Source: a bacterium (GTDB taxonomy: Bacteria; UBA10199; 2-02-FULL-50-16; JAJFLM01). From it: DNA of 64,000 bases. Of the stretch, positions 1 to 8,777 are shown piece after piece. The first letter of the stretch is position 1. Every line of letters begins with the position of its first letter. The translations under genes were made by a program, and so were the position numbers. A model generated the notes under the pieces. The model was not told the DNA's origin. It saw only the letters and a program-made list of their open reading frames with translations, and did no database searches. Location: contig CBDCFN010000015.1 in the NCBI GenBank assembly GCA_965216315.1, positions 1-64,000 of the forward strand, given 5' to 3'.

Positions 1-150
1 AAACACAATGACCTGCGCATCCGAAAGGTCGGGAATCGCATCTAGCGGGATGTTGTTAATCGCATAGAGGCTCCACACAACACCAAGCCCCGTGAACAGG
101 AAGGTAAAGAAGCGATTATGCGAACAGAACTCAATGATCTTAGTGATCAT
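1..150 (-). CDS. cusA: CusA/CzcA family heavy-metal RND permease, N-terminal part (runs off the window edge)
   Basis: Manual translation from ATG at 150: MITKIIEFCSHNRFFTFLFTGLGVVWSLYAINNIPLDAIPDLSDAQVIVF, containing the typical P-D-A-I-P-D-L-S-D-x-Q-V motif; overlaps the cusB stop. Confidence 0.9.
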   Translation of the reverse strand, partial: MITKIIEFCSHNRFFTFLFTGLGVVWSLYAINNIPLDAIPDLSDAQVIVF

Positions 151-1426
151 GTTGATGACCTCCGACTGCAGCTTTAAAAGCCCCGCGCAATTGGCTCTCG
201 GAATCGAGCAAGAAATTGGCGCTGGTCACCACGGTCTCCCCTTCTTTGAGCCCCGAGATGATTTGAATATCTTCGTCCGACTGATTGCCGAGTATGACCT
301 CACGTGGCTCAAAGACACCTTCGCCTTTGGCAACCAGGGCGATGTTGCGCAGGCCGGTCTGCAGGACCGCACTCTTGGGCACCGTTAATGTACGGCCCAA
401 GGGGATCTCGATAAAGACGTCAACGAACATGTCAGGTTGCAACATCCCGACCGGATCGTCGACGGCGCTACGCACACGTATCGTGCGGTTTTTGGGATCC
501 ACAACGGGAATAATCGAATCAACAGTACCTGCGTACTTCATCTGGGGATGACCGACCGTCTTAGCCTCTACCTTGAGGCCTTCGCGCAGGATCGGGCGTT
601 CGGATTCGTAGATGACGGAATAAATCCAAGCCTTGCCGGTTCCCTCCGTTAAGAACAAGGATTCATCAACCTTTCCTTTGCGCTCCAACTCGCCGATCTG
701 CTTTTGCGTCATGCCGAGCAACATCAGCTTGCGGCGTGCCGCATTGATAAAAGATGTCGCCCCCGACGCGCGACCGGTCTTAAGGGCTTCCAAAAATTCT
801 TTTTGCGCAACGTATAATTTGGGATCATAGGCCACCGTTCCAAACGTTCTTAACCTCCTAGTCAGATTTTGTCTGACTACCAGTGCTGTTTTGACACCGA
901 TCAACCACTGCTGCGTCGGGTTGATCTTGATCGTCGCAAATCCGGAAACTTTGGATTCCGGCAGGTCCTCTTGCGCCTTCATCAAAACAAGATCCATGTT
1001 ACAAATTGGACAACTACCCGGCCTATCCTCGCGAATTTGAGGATGCATGGGACAAGTATAAACGGCTTGTTCAGTTTGTACTCCCTCGCCCCTTTGGGGA
1101 GAGGGTTGGGGTGAGGGGGAGGCCTCTTCATGTTCATGCGGCGTCTCATGCAACCGCCATTTTTCCGCCTCGCTCGCCGTCGCCGGCACGAGGGCCATCT
1201 GGCAGATCGGACAGAGGCCCGGTTCGGGACGCTGGATTTGTGGGTGCATGGGACAGACGAACATTGATTCATCAGCACTCCCCCTCCCTTCATGGGAGGG
1301 GGCTGGGGGGAGAGTGGTCCCGGGGTCACCCCCACCCTGGCCCTCCCCCATCAAGGGGGAGGGAAAATTTACCAGGATGCCAGCACACAAAACCCCCATC
1401 AAAAATTTTGTTCGTTTCAACTTCAT
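140..1426 (-). CDS. cusB: CusB-like RND periplasmic adaptor with two heavy-metal-binding (CPMHP) domains
   Basis: FVCPMHPQI and YTCPMHPQI..CPIC motifs, C-terminal LLDSES; start moved to ATG 1426 (AAGGAGG RBS, ATGA overlap with the upstream gene). Confidence 0.9.
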   Translation of the reverse strand: MKLKRTKFLMGVLCAGILVNFPSPLMGEGQGGGDPGTTLPPAPSHEGRGSADESMFVCPMHPQIQRPEPGLCPICQMALVPATASEAEKWRLHETPHEHEEASPSPQPSPQRGEGVQTEQAVYTCPMHPQIREDRPGSCPICNMDLVLMKAQEDLPESKVSGFATIKINPTQQWLIGVKTALVVRQNLTRRLRTFGTVAYDPKLYVAQKEFLEALKTGRASGATSFINAARRKLMLLGMTQKQIGELERKGKVDESLFLTEGTGKAWIYSVIYESERPILREGLKVEAKTVGHPQMKYAGTVDSIIPVVDPKNRTIRVRSAVDDPVGMLQPDMFVDVFIEIPLGRTLTVPKSAVLQTGLRNIALVAKGEGVFEPREVILGNQSDEDIQIISGLKEGETVVTSANFLLDSESQLRGAFKAAVGGHQHDH

Positions 1427-2712
1427 CGCGACACCTCCTTTGTGTCGTTCCAGCCCAGCACCCATTTTAATTGTGCATGACTGATTTCATAATTGGCTTT
1501 GAGAACATAATACTCCCGCTCCATTTCATAACGGTCCCTGAGTGCCTCGATCGTCTCAAAAAACTTGGCCTGTCCGGATTCGTAGGCCGTGATCGATGAT
1601 TCATACGTTGCACGACTTTCTGGCAGAAGCCGGGTGCGATACAAATTCAATTGGCGATATTGGCGTCGCACCCGTTCATAGCTATCAGTTGCTTGATAAA
1701 CTGAGTCGTTATGAACCGCATTGCGTTGATGTGCGGCGGCCATCTTTTGTGCGGCCTGTTCTTGAACCTTTTTGCTCTGGCGCCAATAGGCCCATAGCGG
1801 GATGTTGAGATTGACGCCCCCAGAGATGAAGTCAGAGCCGCGCACCGGATCGCCCGGGGCGTTACCACGAATGCGATAGCCGACAGAAAAATCAAAGTCA
1901 GGAAGATAATCGTGTCTCGCGAGTCGTTCGCGCGTCTTGGCGGCATCGACTTGCGAATCAAAGGCCTTTAACAACGGCCGTTCATCAACGGCAGTCTCCC
2001 AATCGGCCCGGCGCGGCGGTCGATTCATACGAAAGCCATAACGCAGACGTAGCGGCGTCAATGCAGGACGATTGACCAAAGTGTTCATGCGCGCCGTAAG
2101 GGATTTTCGCTCTTGCCGGAGGGCCAGCAGGTCTTTTTCGAGTTGGGAGCGAAAAGTCTGGGCGCGAAACACGTCCGGCCCACTCGCCTCTCCCGCCGAG
2201 TAGCGCGTTTCGGCCGTCTTGGCGAGTTTATCTAATAGAGAAAGATTGTCGCGCACGACGCGCGTGACCTGATCCGTGCGATAGAGCTGGTAATAGGTTT
2301 CTGAAACCTGAAAGCGTAATTGGTTTTGCGATTCCGCGTATAAGGAAGAAGTCGCGGTTGCCATGGACTGCTCGGCTTTTTTCCGCAAACTCCTCTTGCC
2401 CGGAAAGGGAATCTTCTGCGCCAAGGTCAGGTCCAGTCCTGTCATCGGGGTATTGTTCAGGCCTAGGTTAGAGGTCGGAAAATTGGAAGCCCGAAACCCG
2501 ATGCGCGGATCTTCGAGGGAGCCCGCCTGCGGAATGCGCGCCTGCGCCGCCTCCGCCCGTGCCCCGTGCGCACGGACGCCGGGATTTTCATTGAGCGCCT
2601 CATTAATCAGACCATCCAATTCACGACCGGCATTTGCCTGATGCAGCGGCACAAGCAAAGCCAAGCTTATGAGCCCAACAACGGCAAAATATCTTTTTTT
2701 CATTAAGACCAT
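1423..2712 (-). CDS. TolC/CusC family outer-membrane efflux protein
   Basis: Signal peptide, Q-x-I-P-F-P-G-K and LPDF..NIPLW outer-membrane efflux repeats; operonic with cusB/cusA. Confidence 0.88.
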   Translation of the reverse strand: MVLMKKRYFAVVGLISLALLVPLHQANAGRELDGLINEALNENPGVRAHGARAEAAQARIPQAGSLEDPRIGFRASNFPTSNLGLNNTPMTGLDLTLAQKIPFPGKRSLRKKAEQSMATATSSLYAESQNQLRFQVSETYYQLYRTDQVTRVVRDNLSLLDKLAKTAETRYSAGEASGPDVFRAQTFRSQLEKDLLALRQERKSLTARMNTLVNRPALTPLRLRYGFRMNRPPRRADWETAVDERPLLKAFDSQVDAAKTRERLARHDYLPDFDFSVGYRIRGNAPGDPVRGSDFISGGVNLNIPLWAYWRQSKKVQEQAAQKMAAAHQRNAVHNDSVYQATDSYERVRRQYRQLNLYRTRLLPESRATYESSITAYESGQAKFFETIEALRDRYEMEREYYVLKANYEISHAQLKWVLGWNDTKEVSR

Positions 2713-2779
2713 CTCCCTTCACAGATGAAAAAACTGCACTTTCGCTATGCGAAAGACGCACTAATCCATTGAAGGGAAC

Positions 2780-3118
2780 TCAGATTAGAAAGGATTCTTT
2801 TTGCAAATAGAGGGAAGAGTCTTCCTGCGGGGCTTCATCCTGATCACTCGAAGGATGGCCGTCGCAGGCAAGTTCAATCGTCAGACTGTGCTGTTGATTC
2901 GGCTGGCTCACCGGTGTCATTTGAGAAACGTTCATAACCGCACCGGACTCGGCGGTCTGAGCCGGGCCCATGCAACAATCCATCTGCTGCAGCCCCTGCT
3001 CACAGCCTTGCCCCGAGCGGCAGCAGGGCATTTCGTCGCCCGTAAAAGCTAGCGCCATAGGGGCCCCTGAGGCCGTTAGGCCGATTATCAGGGCAAAAAT
3101 GAAGGCTGTGCGTTTCAT
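2780..3118 (-). CDS. Small Cys-rich exported protein heading the metal-efflux operon
   Basis: Signal peptide, PCC/DCC clusters, C-terminal LYL..SFLI; typical position upstream of cus/czc operons. Confidence 0.6.
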   Translation of the reverse strand: MKRTAFIFALIIGLTASGAPMALAFTGDEMPCCRSGQGCEQGLQQMDCCMGPAQTAESGAVMNVSQMTPVSQPNQQHSLTIELACDGHPSSDQDEAPQEDSSLYLQKESFLI

Positions 3119-3181
3119 GCCTAATAATGATAGGACGGAGAAACGAGGAAGTCAAACAACGAATAAAACAGAGGTGTATCT

Positions 3182-3367
3182 ATGGCAGCCTACATTGATG
3201 TGATCATCCCAGCCGTTATCGGCCTGATATTGCTAATCTGGCCGCAGTCGATGTTCTATGGGAGTCGAGCAACTCCGGACGAAAAAAAACTACGACTCTT
3301 GCGCGGCGCCGGCGGCCTGCTCTTGTTAATCGCCGCCCTGTTTCTCGCCCTCAAACTCGTCCCTTAG
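3182..3367 (+). CDS. Small two-TM membrane protein
   Basis: GAGG RBS, two hydrophobic segments. Confidence 0.55.
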   Translation: MAAYIDVIIPAVIGLILLIWPQSMFYGSRATPDEKKLRLLRGAGGLLLLIAALFLALKLVP

Positions 3368-4047
3368 GCCAGACCGCAACCGATGTTGGCGGGAACCGCC
3401 TCCATCATTTTCTTGGGATCAGGAAGGTCCAGATTATTCATCAGCTCAATAAAACTCTCCCGCGTCTGCCCTTTAAAGCGTGGGTTGAGTTCTTTTTCCT
3501 GCTGAATCGTCGAAACATGCTGATGTTTATAATCGTGCCCGGGAAACACCAATGTTTCCGCCGGAAGTTCAAAGAGTTTTCCCACGACCGAATCCCACAG
3601 CTGCCCCGCATCCCCTCCCTGAAAATCGGTGCGCCCACAACCATTGATAAAGAGGGCATCGCCGGTAAAAAGTCTATCCTCGATCTGATAGGCCGAGTGA
3701 CACGGCGTGTGCCCCGGCGTATGAATTGTTCGAATTTTATAGGGACCAAACGATAATTCCTCCCCGTCTTTCAAGCGAATATCGACGCACTCGGCCTGGG
3801 TCGTTTCATGCAGCGCGGTTTGGCACTGGGTCTTTTCCCGCAAGTCGCCCGCCCCGGTAATATGGTCCGCATGGACGTGAGTATCCAGACTATACTTCAA
3901 CTTGAGACCCAAGCGAGCCATTAAATCGATATACTCCGCGTCATGTTCTTTGACGGGATCAATCAATACGGCCTCTTTCGACTTGGGATCTGCCAGTAAG
4001 TAGGTATAGGTCGAAGATTCTTCATCAAAGAGTTGTCTAAATATCAT
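3364..4047 (-). CDS. Persulfide dioxygenase (ETHE1-like) metallo-beta-lactamase
   Basis: THVHADHITG, TPGHT, GCGRTDF, HDY and C-terminal PAN motifs. Confidence 0.9.
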   Translation of the reverse strand: MIFRQLFDEESSTYTYLLADPKSKEAVLIDPVKEHDAEYIDLMARLGLKLKYSLDTHVHADHITGAGDLREKTQCQTALHETTQAECVDIRLKDGEELSFGPYKIRTIHTPGHTPCHSAYQIEDRLFTGDALFINGCGRTDFQGGDAGQLWDSVVGKLFELPAETLVFPGHDYKHQHVSTIQQEKELNPRFKGQTRESFIELMNNLDLPDPKKMMEAVPANIGCGLA

Positions 4048-4097
4048 GACTTATTCTCCAATAACTGCCAAAGATAATAACAAGAAGGAGGCAGCGC

Positions 4098-4556
4098 ATG
4101 GAAGGAAATTCACCAACGACCGATGAGAAGCGTGTCGTTACCGTCCAGGGACCACGTAGTGGTTTTGCTCAGCAAATTCAGGTGGGCCCGCATGAACTTG
4201 CCGCCGATGAACCCACCTCGCTCGGTGGCACCGACACGGGACCGAATCCTTACGACCTCCTCCTCGCCGCGCTGGGAGCCTGCACGTCGATGACCTTAAG
4301 GATGTATGCCGACCGTAAGGAATGGCCGCTGGAAGGTATTCAGGTACAACTGAATCACGAAAAGATTCATGCGCAGGATTGTGCCGATTGTGAAACGGAG
4401 AAAGGCCGTGTCGACCGCATTGTACGGCATATCGAATTAACCGGTCCTTTAGATAAAGAGCAACGCGAGAAACTTCTCGAGATCGCCAACAAATGTCCGG
4501 TCCATCGCACGCTGCAATCGGAAATCAATATCATCAGCCGACTGACCGGAGTTTAA
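4098..4556 (+). CDS. OsmC family protein
   Basis: DEP..GG...[13 protein letters not shown] and KCPVHRTL motifs. Confidence 0.9.
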   Translation: MEGNSPTTDEKRVVTVQGPRSGFAQQIQVGPHELAADEPTSLGGTDTGPNPYDLLLAALGACTSMTLRMYADRKEWPLEGIQVQLNHEKIHAQDCADCETEKGRVDRIVRHIELTGPLDKEQREKLLEIANKCPVHRTLQSEINIISRLTGV

Positions 4557-4687
4557 GAAAAAGGGTGCCACGAATATTCGTAATGACTAAGACAACCACC
4601 ACGTCCCGACCTTGATCATGTTCTGCTTGAAAATCGCATTTTAAAAGAGGAAAATAATATATAGTTGGCAATTGATCTTTTAATTCT

Positions 4688-4775
4688 CGGTTCATGAAAC
4701 GGCAAACCCGTCGCAAGGCGGGGACGCAAAGCTTCTGGTCCGTGGTAAGCGGATAGCAGGGCCGCCAAGGAATCA
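4688..4775 (+). ncRNA. Cyclic di-GMP-I (GEMM) riboswitch aptamer
   Basis: GGCAAACCCGTC-GCAA-GGCGGGGACGCAAAGC...GATAGCAGGGCCGCC matches the GEMM-I consensus (GNRA-capped P2, GACGCAAAGC junction); P1 GGTTC/GAATC. Confidence 0.88.
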
Positions 4776-4813
4776 ACTCGACTGACAGCCGTCAGCTGGA
4801 CTCTTTTCCGCAA

Positions 4814-4852
4814 CCCACCTATCCGCCGTACACGGTAGGTGGTTTTTATTTT
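4814..4852 (+). terminator. Intrinsic terminator, riboswitch expression platform
   Basis: CCACCTATCCG...CGGTAGGTGG hairpin followed by TTTTTATTTT, between the aptamer and the downstream start. Confidence 0.75.
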
Positions 4853-4874
4853 GGGTTTACCACGGAGGAGAGTC

Positions 4875-5501
4875 ATGGAAAAATTAATCGATAATTTATT
4901 TGGTGTATTCAAACGATTCGGATTGGTAGCGGTCGCCGCCCTATTGCTGGTAGTTCCAGGGCAGGAGGCCTTTGCCCGCAACACCCTTATCGCCTCGGGC
5001 GGCGGGAAATTAATGACAACTGATGATTCCCGAGGGAATTGTCCATTAAGTGAGTATACTTTTTCTTTAACCGTTTTTGAGGATGAAGATGGCGAACCGA
5101 GCGGATTTGTCCAGGCGAACTGTAAAAGGACTCGCCTTATTACGATATCTGAAATCGATTGTATGATACCAAGGCCGGACATCCGTGCTCTGACTCTTAC
5201 TGGACACGTTACTTTCTCCAGTGATACAGGCTCTGTTGATGAAGGTTGGCCTGTATTTTTTACGGTACGGGATTGGAACGATAATTCGCGTCCCGATGAA
5301 ATGATCGGAACTGGGCTTCGCTATATTCCTTTTCCCACTTTTCGTATTTGCTCTTATTTAATAAATAACGTTCCTTCTGGTGACCCATTGGAGTGCTCAG
5401 AAATTAACCCTATATTGGAGGCCGGTCCGATCGAGGCAGGTAACATAAAAGTTTTTACGGATTTGGGATCGGAGATGGACGTATGTACCAATGATCCCTA
5501 A
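4875..5501 (+). CDS. Hypothetical secreted Cys-containing protein under riboswitch control
   Basis: GGAGGAG RBS before ATG 4875; signal-peptide-like segment ending in AFA. Confidence 0.65.
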   Translation: MEKLIDNLFGVFKRFGLVAVAALLLVVPGQEAFARNTLIASGGGKLMTTDDSRGNCPLSEYTFSLTVFEDEDGEPSGFVQANCKRTRLITISEIDCMIPRPDIRALTLTGHVTFSSDTGSVDEGWPVFFTVRDWNDNSRPDEMIGTGLRYIPFPTFRICSYLINNVPSGDPLECSEINPILEAGPIEAGNIKVFTDLGSEMDVCTNDP

Positions 5502-5509
5502 TAATTATC

Positions 5510-5546
5510 AAACCGCCTTCCTTGAAAAGGGAAGGCGGCTTTTTTA
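5510..5546 (+). terminator. Intrinsic terminator
   Basis: CCGCCTTCC-TTGAAAAG-GGAAGGCGG followed by a T-run. Confidence 0.8.
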
Positions 5547-5713
5547 CCTATGGCTTTTATTTCTTTCGTCCTTCATCTCCAATCCCCCTCTGACAAAATA
5601 TGCCCTCCCAATATTTTCTCACAAGGAAAACTTAACGGTGTAAGACGAGTGCGAACTGCTAGAGTTTGTCGAACCTTCCAGGTTCTCATGTCGAGTTTGA
5701 TTCACTATTTGAA

Positions 5714-5789
5714 GGCGCGCCCACCAGGATTCGAACCTGGGACAACCGGCTTAGAAGGCCGGTGCTCTATCCAGCTGAGCTATGGGCGC
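5714..5789 (-). tRNA. tRNA-Arg (TCT)
   Basis: Reverse complement GCGCCCATAGCTCAGCTGGATAGAGCA-CCGGC-CTTCTAA-GCCGG...GGTTCGAATCC...GGGCGCG. Confidence 0.95.
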
Positions 5790-5956
5790 AAATGCTCGAT
5801 TTCTATAAAGGAAAATTGTAGTCTAGACAAGCTCCGCATCTCTAGGTACATATCGCGACCTCCGATCGAATTCACGATGGGGGGTTGTCAGGGGGGAGAG
5901 AGCCTTTCTCCCCAATGACTTTAAAGAGCCGGAAGCTGCGCTTTCGGCGAACGAAT

Positions 5957-6034
5957 GGTGTCCATAGTTCAGTTGGTTAGAACGCCGGATTGTGATTCCG
6001 GAGGTCGAGGGTTCGAGTCCCTCTGGACACCCCA
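5957..6034 (+). tRNA. tRNA-His (GTG)
   Basis: Cloverleaf with G-1, anticodon loop TTGTGAT, GGTTCGAGTCC, encoded CCA. Confidence 0.95.
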
Positions 6035-6113
6035 TCACTAGAGAAACCCACCGCCCGCCAGTCGGAGAAGCAGCAGACGGTGGGTCATTAGGTTGGATTG
6101 TTGGGTGTGTAAA

Positions 6114-6374
6114 TTACTTGGCGGTGCCCTCTAAATACACATCGCCGGCATCGGCTTCACGTTGGGGCGGGACCGGGGGCACGCCTATTTGACGCTCCCT
6201 TTTAGTCGCCTGCAAATCAAACGCCGCTTCGACAGGTTCCCCTGGGATTGCTTGCCTCCTGCGAGACTCGTCACCGGGACCCGCTTTCGGATACCCCTTG
6301 TTGAATTGCGATGCGCCCTTGGCGCTGTCATCCGGAATCCATAGGGGTTTGGTAATCGCGTGTACACTGGTCAT
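6114..6374 (-). CDS. Small low-complexity orphan protein (4th of a small-ORF array)
   Basis: AAGGAGG RBS before ATG 6374 (MTSVHAITK...). Confidence 0.6.
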   Translation of the reverse strand: MTSVHAITKPLWIPDDSAKGASQFNKGYPKAGPGDESRRRQAIPGEPVEAAFDLQATKRERQIGVPPVPPQREADAGDVYLEGTAK

Positions 6375-6423
6375 GTTTTTCCTCCTTTTCTCCCAACCCA
6401 TGACCCAAATTTATATTTCCCAT

Positions 6424-6520
6424 GCGACCGAGACCGCCCGCCCCTCGGAGACAGGGGCGGACGTATGGTCACGTGGCAGGACAGAGTCCTGAGTGTTATG
6501 TAGTTTACGACTGGACACGG
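6424..6520 (-). repeat. Structured intergenic repeat, copy 1
   Basis: Shares CGCCCGCCCC...GACAGGG.CGGACG and CAGGACAGAGTCCTGAG with 6851-6945. Confidence 0.85.
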
Positions 6521-6801
6521 GAACCGCCGCTATTATCCTTGTACGGTGATTTGTCGTATTGTTCCGGTTTTTTAGAGCCCCGTTCCTGATGGCCCTTCTC
6601 GAAGCTAATCAATTTCTGGTAATCCTGATAACCACGTCCGACCAACGTACTCATCGGCTCCGGTAAAGGATCCGTCGTATCACGCTCCTGCCCTATGCCG
6701 GGATCCGTCGTGATCGTCGTATATGTTTCCGGTTCTTCTGCCGGGGTCGGCGCCGAACGATCGGCCCGAGAATCTCTAGTAACTGATATTAGATCACTCA
6801 T
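6505..6801 (-). CDS. Small disordered orphan protein (3rd of array)
   Basis: AAGGAGG RBS; Thr/Pro/Asp/Glu-rich; ends SRVQS. Confidence 0.7.
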   Translation of the reverse strand: MSDLISVTRDSRADRSAPTPAEEPETYTTITTDPGIGQERDTTDPLPEPMSTLVGRGYQDYQKLISFEKGHQERGSKKPEQYDKSPYKDNSGGSRVQS

Positions 6802-6850
6802 GTTCTTTCCTCCTTTTTGTCTCTCTCAACCGGACCTAAAAAACTTTATC

Positions 6851-6945
6851 GCGACCACATCGCCCGCCCCTGGGGGACAGGGACGGACGATCGATCGCAT
6901 GACAGGACAGAGTCCTGAGCTTATGGTGTTTACTCTTGGACGCGC
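6851..6945 (-). repeat. Structured intergenic repeat, copy 2
   Basis: Homologous to 6424-6520, including the 3' end of the preceding ORF. Confidence 0.85.
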
Positions 6946-7199
6946 GCAACCACTTCGCTGCCGTCTTCCGCGTAATCCGTCGAGCCCTGGCCTTTAACCT
7001 GATGACCGCGCAGCATATTTGCGAGACGCGATGAAGCCGTACCACCCTCGGGATCCACTGAATCTTCAGTAGTTTGCAATTCGGATGTCGTCGCTGTCGC
7101 TTCGATCACTTCATCACTACGCGTGGAATCTTTTCCACCGTCAGGACTGGCAACAGGTCCAGCCTGAGCTATCGTTGAAACAATTGTCAGTTCACTCAT
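6930..7199 (-). CDS. Small disordered acidic orphan protein (2nd of array)
   Basis: GAGGAG RBS before ATG 7199 (MSELTIVST...); ends ARVQE. Confidence 0.7.
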   Translation of the reverse strand: MSELTIVSTIAQAGPVASPDGGKDSTRSDEVIEATATTSELQTTEDSVDPEGGTASSRLANMLRGHQVKGQGSTDYAEDGSEVVARVQE

Positions 7200-7291
7200 G
7201 TTCGTTTCTCCTCGTTCATTCGTTATTGATAATAGACTCCGGTTTTCAGCCGGCGCCAATCATCCCTCCCACTGTGACCACAGAGACAAAT

Positions 7292-7534
7292 TTATTCGCT
7301 TTTATATTGAGAAGCCGCACCCGTGATGAACGCTTCTAGCGCTACATCCGGTTTAGGCGTGCCTTCATATTGAGTCCGCGGACCTCCCTCAGAAGCCGAC
7401 GGTTCATACTGCGAAGGGCCGGCTGCAAAACTCGGATGCTCAAGTGAACGCGCATAGTCCTGATTTGCATGACTGGCGGTATCGGCTGCCGCTAACTCCG
7501 TGGCCACTTTGGTGGTAATTGCTTGTGTCTTCAT
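7292..7534 (-). CDS. Small disordered orphan protein (1st of array)
   Basis: AAGGAG RBS; directly downstream of a sigma54-like promoter. Confidence 0.7.
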   Translation of the reverse strand: MKTQAITTKVATELAAADTASHANQDYARSLEHPSFAAGPSQYEPSASEGGPRTQYEGTPKPDVALEAFITGAASQYKSE

Positions 7535-7599
7535 GTCTCACTCCTTCAAATTAAGTACTGGGCCTCAGACCATCCGGTGCCCGTGATACCCCTGTATAG

Positions 7600-7616
7600 A
7601 GCAAGGTTCTTGCCAA
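7600..7616 (-). promoter_or_regulatory. Sigma54 -24/-12 promoter
   Basis: TTGGCAAGAACCTTGCT with exact GG-N10-GC spacing; AT-rich tract upstream (7630-7790). Confidence 0.75.
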
Positions 7617-7854
7617 GCCTTGCGCTATCGATAAAATTCCAATAACATATTAATATTACTTACTTTTATCCCAATTCTTCGGGGTATATAGGGGAAGGGG
7701 CTGAGGTGATATTCTGTGCGGATCTGTCTTATTATCCAATAATATCTATAACTATATGTAATTTTTTACTTATTTTTTAACCCGTATCTGACCCGTTATG
7801 TCATCAAAACCGGGCCTATGGTCACAATAGACTGATCTTTAATGAAAATACTGC

Positions 7855-7882
7855 GCAACTCGGCGCAACTCCCTTCGATAAG
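7855..7882 (+). promoter_or_regulatory. CAAC-N16-CGAT alternative-sigma promoter motif
   Basis: GCAAC-tcggcgcaactccctt-CGATAAG. Confidence 0.6.
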
Positions 7883-7914
7883 ACATGCTGCGATAGAGAG
7901 AACAGGAGTCTCTC

Positions 7915-8754
7915 ATGGCAATCCCCATCTCAGCCCCATATCACCCGACGACTTTTCATGACACGCCCATCAAAGCCGCGATGGTTCCGGCGGCCGCCGT
8001 CTCGGACCCGAGTGACGCACTCTTTAGCGAGATACGCAGCCTCTTTAACAACGAAGCGGTCTACGCCGAATGGCTTGGCATGGTCAGCGGCAAAATTACC
8101 TTGGCGCAACTGCGACACTATCGCGATGCCCTGAAAAAAATTCGCGACTTCGTCGGAGCCGATGTCCTCGCGATCATTCTCACGACTCCCTTTGCGGGCA
8201 AGAAAAAGAACATCTCCGTCTTTACCACGAAACACCTCGGCACCGGACGGGGCGATTGGCCCGAGAGCAAGGCCTTTCATGGCTTTGTTCTCGACGATGC
8301 GTCGGCCGATAGTTTTAAAGGGGCCATCTGGGATCGTGGCAACGATTATGGAAAAGGTAAAATCGAAGCACCGTTCGTCAGTTGTTCCAAGGTCACACCA
8401 ATCACAGCGACGCGCGTACACCAGCAAATTGTTTTCGACATCCCCTGGCCCGCTTCCAACAAGATGACTTTAAACGACACGACCTTACAACGGCATGGCG
8501 GCATCGGGTGGGAGGTCAGTTGGACACTGATCAAAGACACTACAATTAAATGGGCCTGCCTCGACGCTGAAGGCACGACCTTTCTCTACAACAAAGGGCA
8601 CTGGCGTCTGTTGCCGATCGGCCCTAAGAAAACCCTGCTCTGGTACGCCACCGAGTCCGACGTCACCGGACTGGACGCTCCTTCTTGGGAAGCCACGAAG
8701 GCCCTGCGCGGCAACATCAAGGCCTTTTCCGAGGCCGCTCATGGGCGGCGATAG
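7915..8754 (+). CDS. Hypothetical protein with a C-terminal START/SRPBCC-like domain
   Basis: AGGAG RBS; NKGHWRLLPIGPKKTLLWY..ESD pattern typical of polyketide-cyclase/START folds. Confidence 0.6.
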   Translation: MAIPISAPYHPTTFHDTPIKAAMVPAAAVSDPSDALFSEIRSLFNNEAVYAEWLGMVSGKITLAQLRHYRDALKKIRDFVGADVLAIILTTPFAGKKKNISVFTTKHLGTGRGDWPESKAFHGFVLDDASADSFKGAIWDRGNDYGKGKIEAPFVSCSKVTPITATRVHQQIVFDIPWPASNKMTLNDTTLQRHGGIGWEVSWTLIKDTTIKWACLDAEGTTFLYNKGHWRLLPIGPKKTLLWYATESDVTGLDAPSWEATKALRGNIKAFSEAAHGRR

Positions 8755-8777
8755 TTGATATTTAAGGAGACACGACA

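Noticed and set aside
5714..6034. Prophage or integrative element at the tRNA genes (also tRNA-Pro and tRNA-Ser)
   Set aside because: No integrase, phage genes or duplicated tRNA 3' ends were seen.
5550..6192. ORFs 5550-5918, 5823-6038 and 5992-6192
   Set aside because: They overlap tRNA genes and are spurious translations.
6424..6945. CRISPR array
   Set aside because: Only two imperfect copies about 430 bp apart, separated by a coding ORF; no cas genes in the window.
6114..7534. Graspetide (ATP-grasp RiPP) precursors matured by the ligases at 31831/36277
   Set aside because: No repeated core or recognisable leader motif. The ligases are about 25 kb away and belong to the GshB-like and alpha-L-glutamate-ligase-like families, not graspetide synthetases.
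7885..7896. Leaderless mini-ORF ATG-CTG-CGA-TAG after the promoter motif
   Set aside because: Only three codons, which cannot be distinguished from chance; the real gene has its own SD at 7915.
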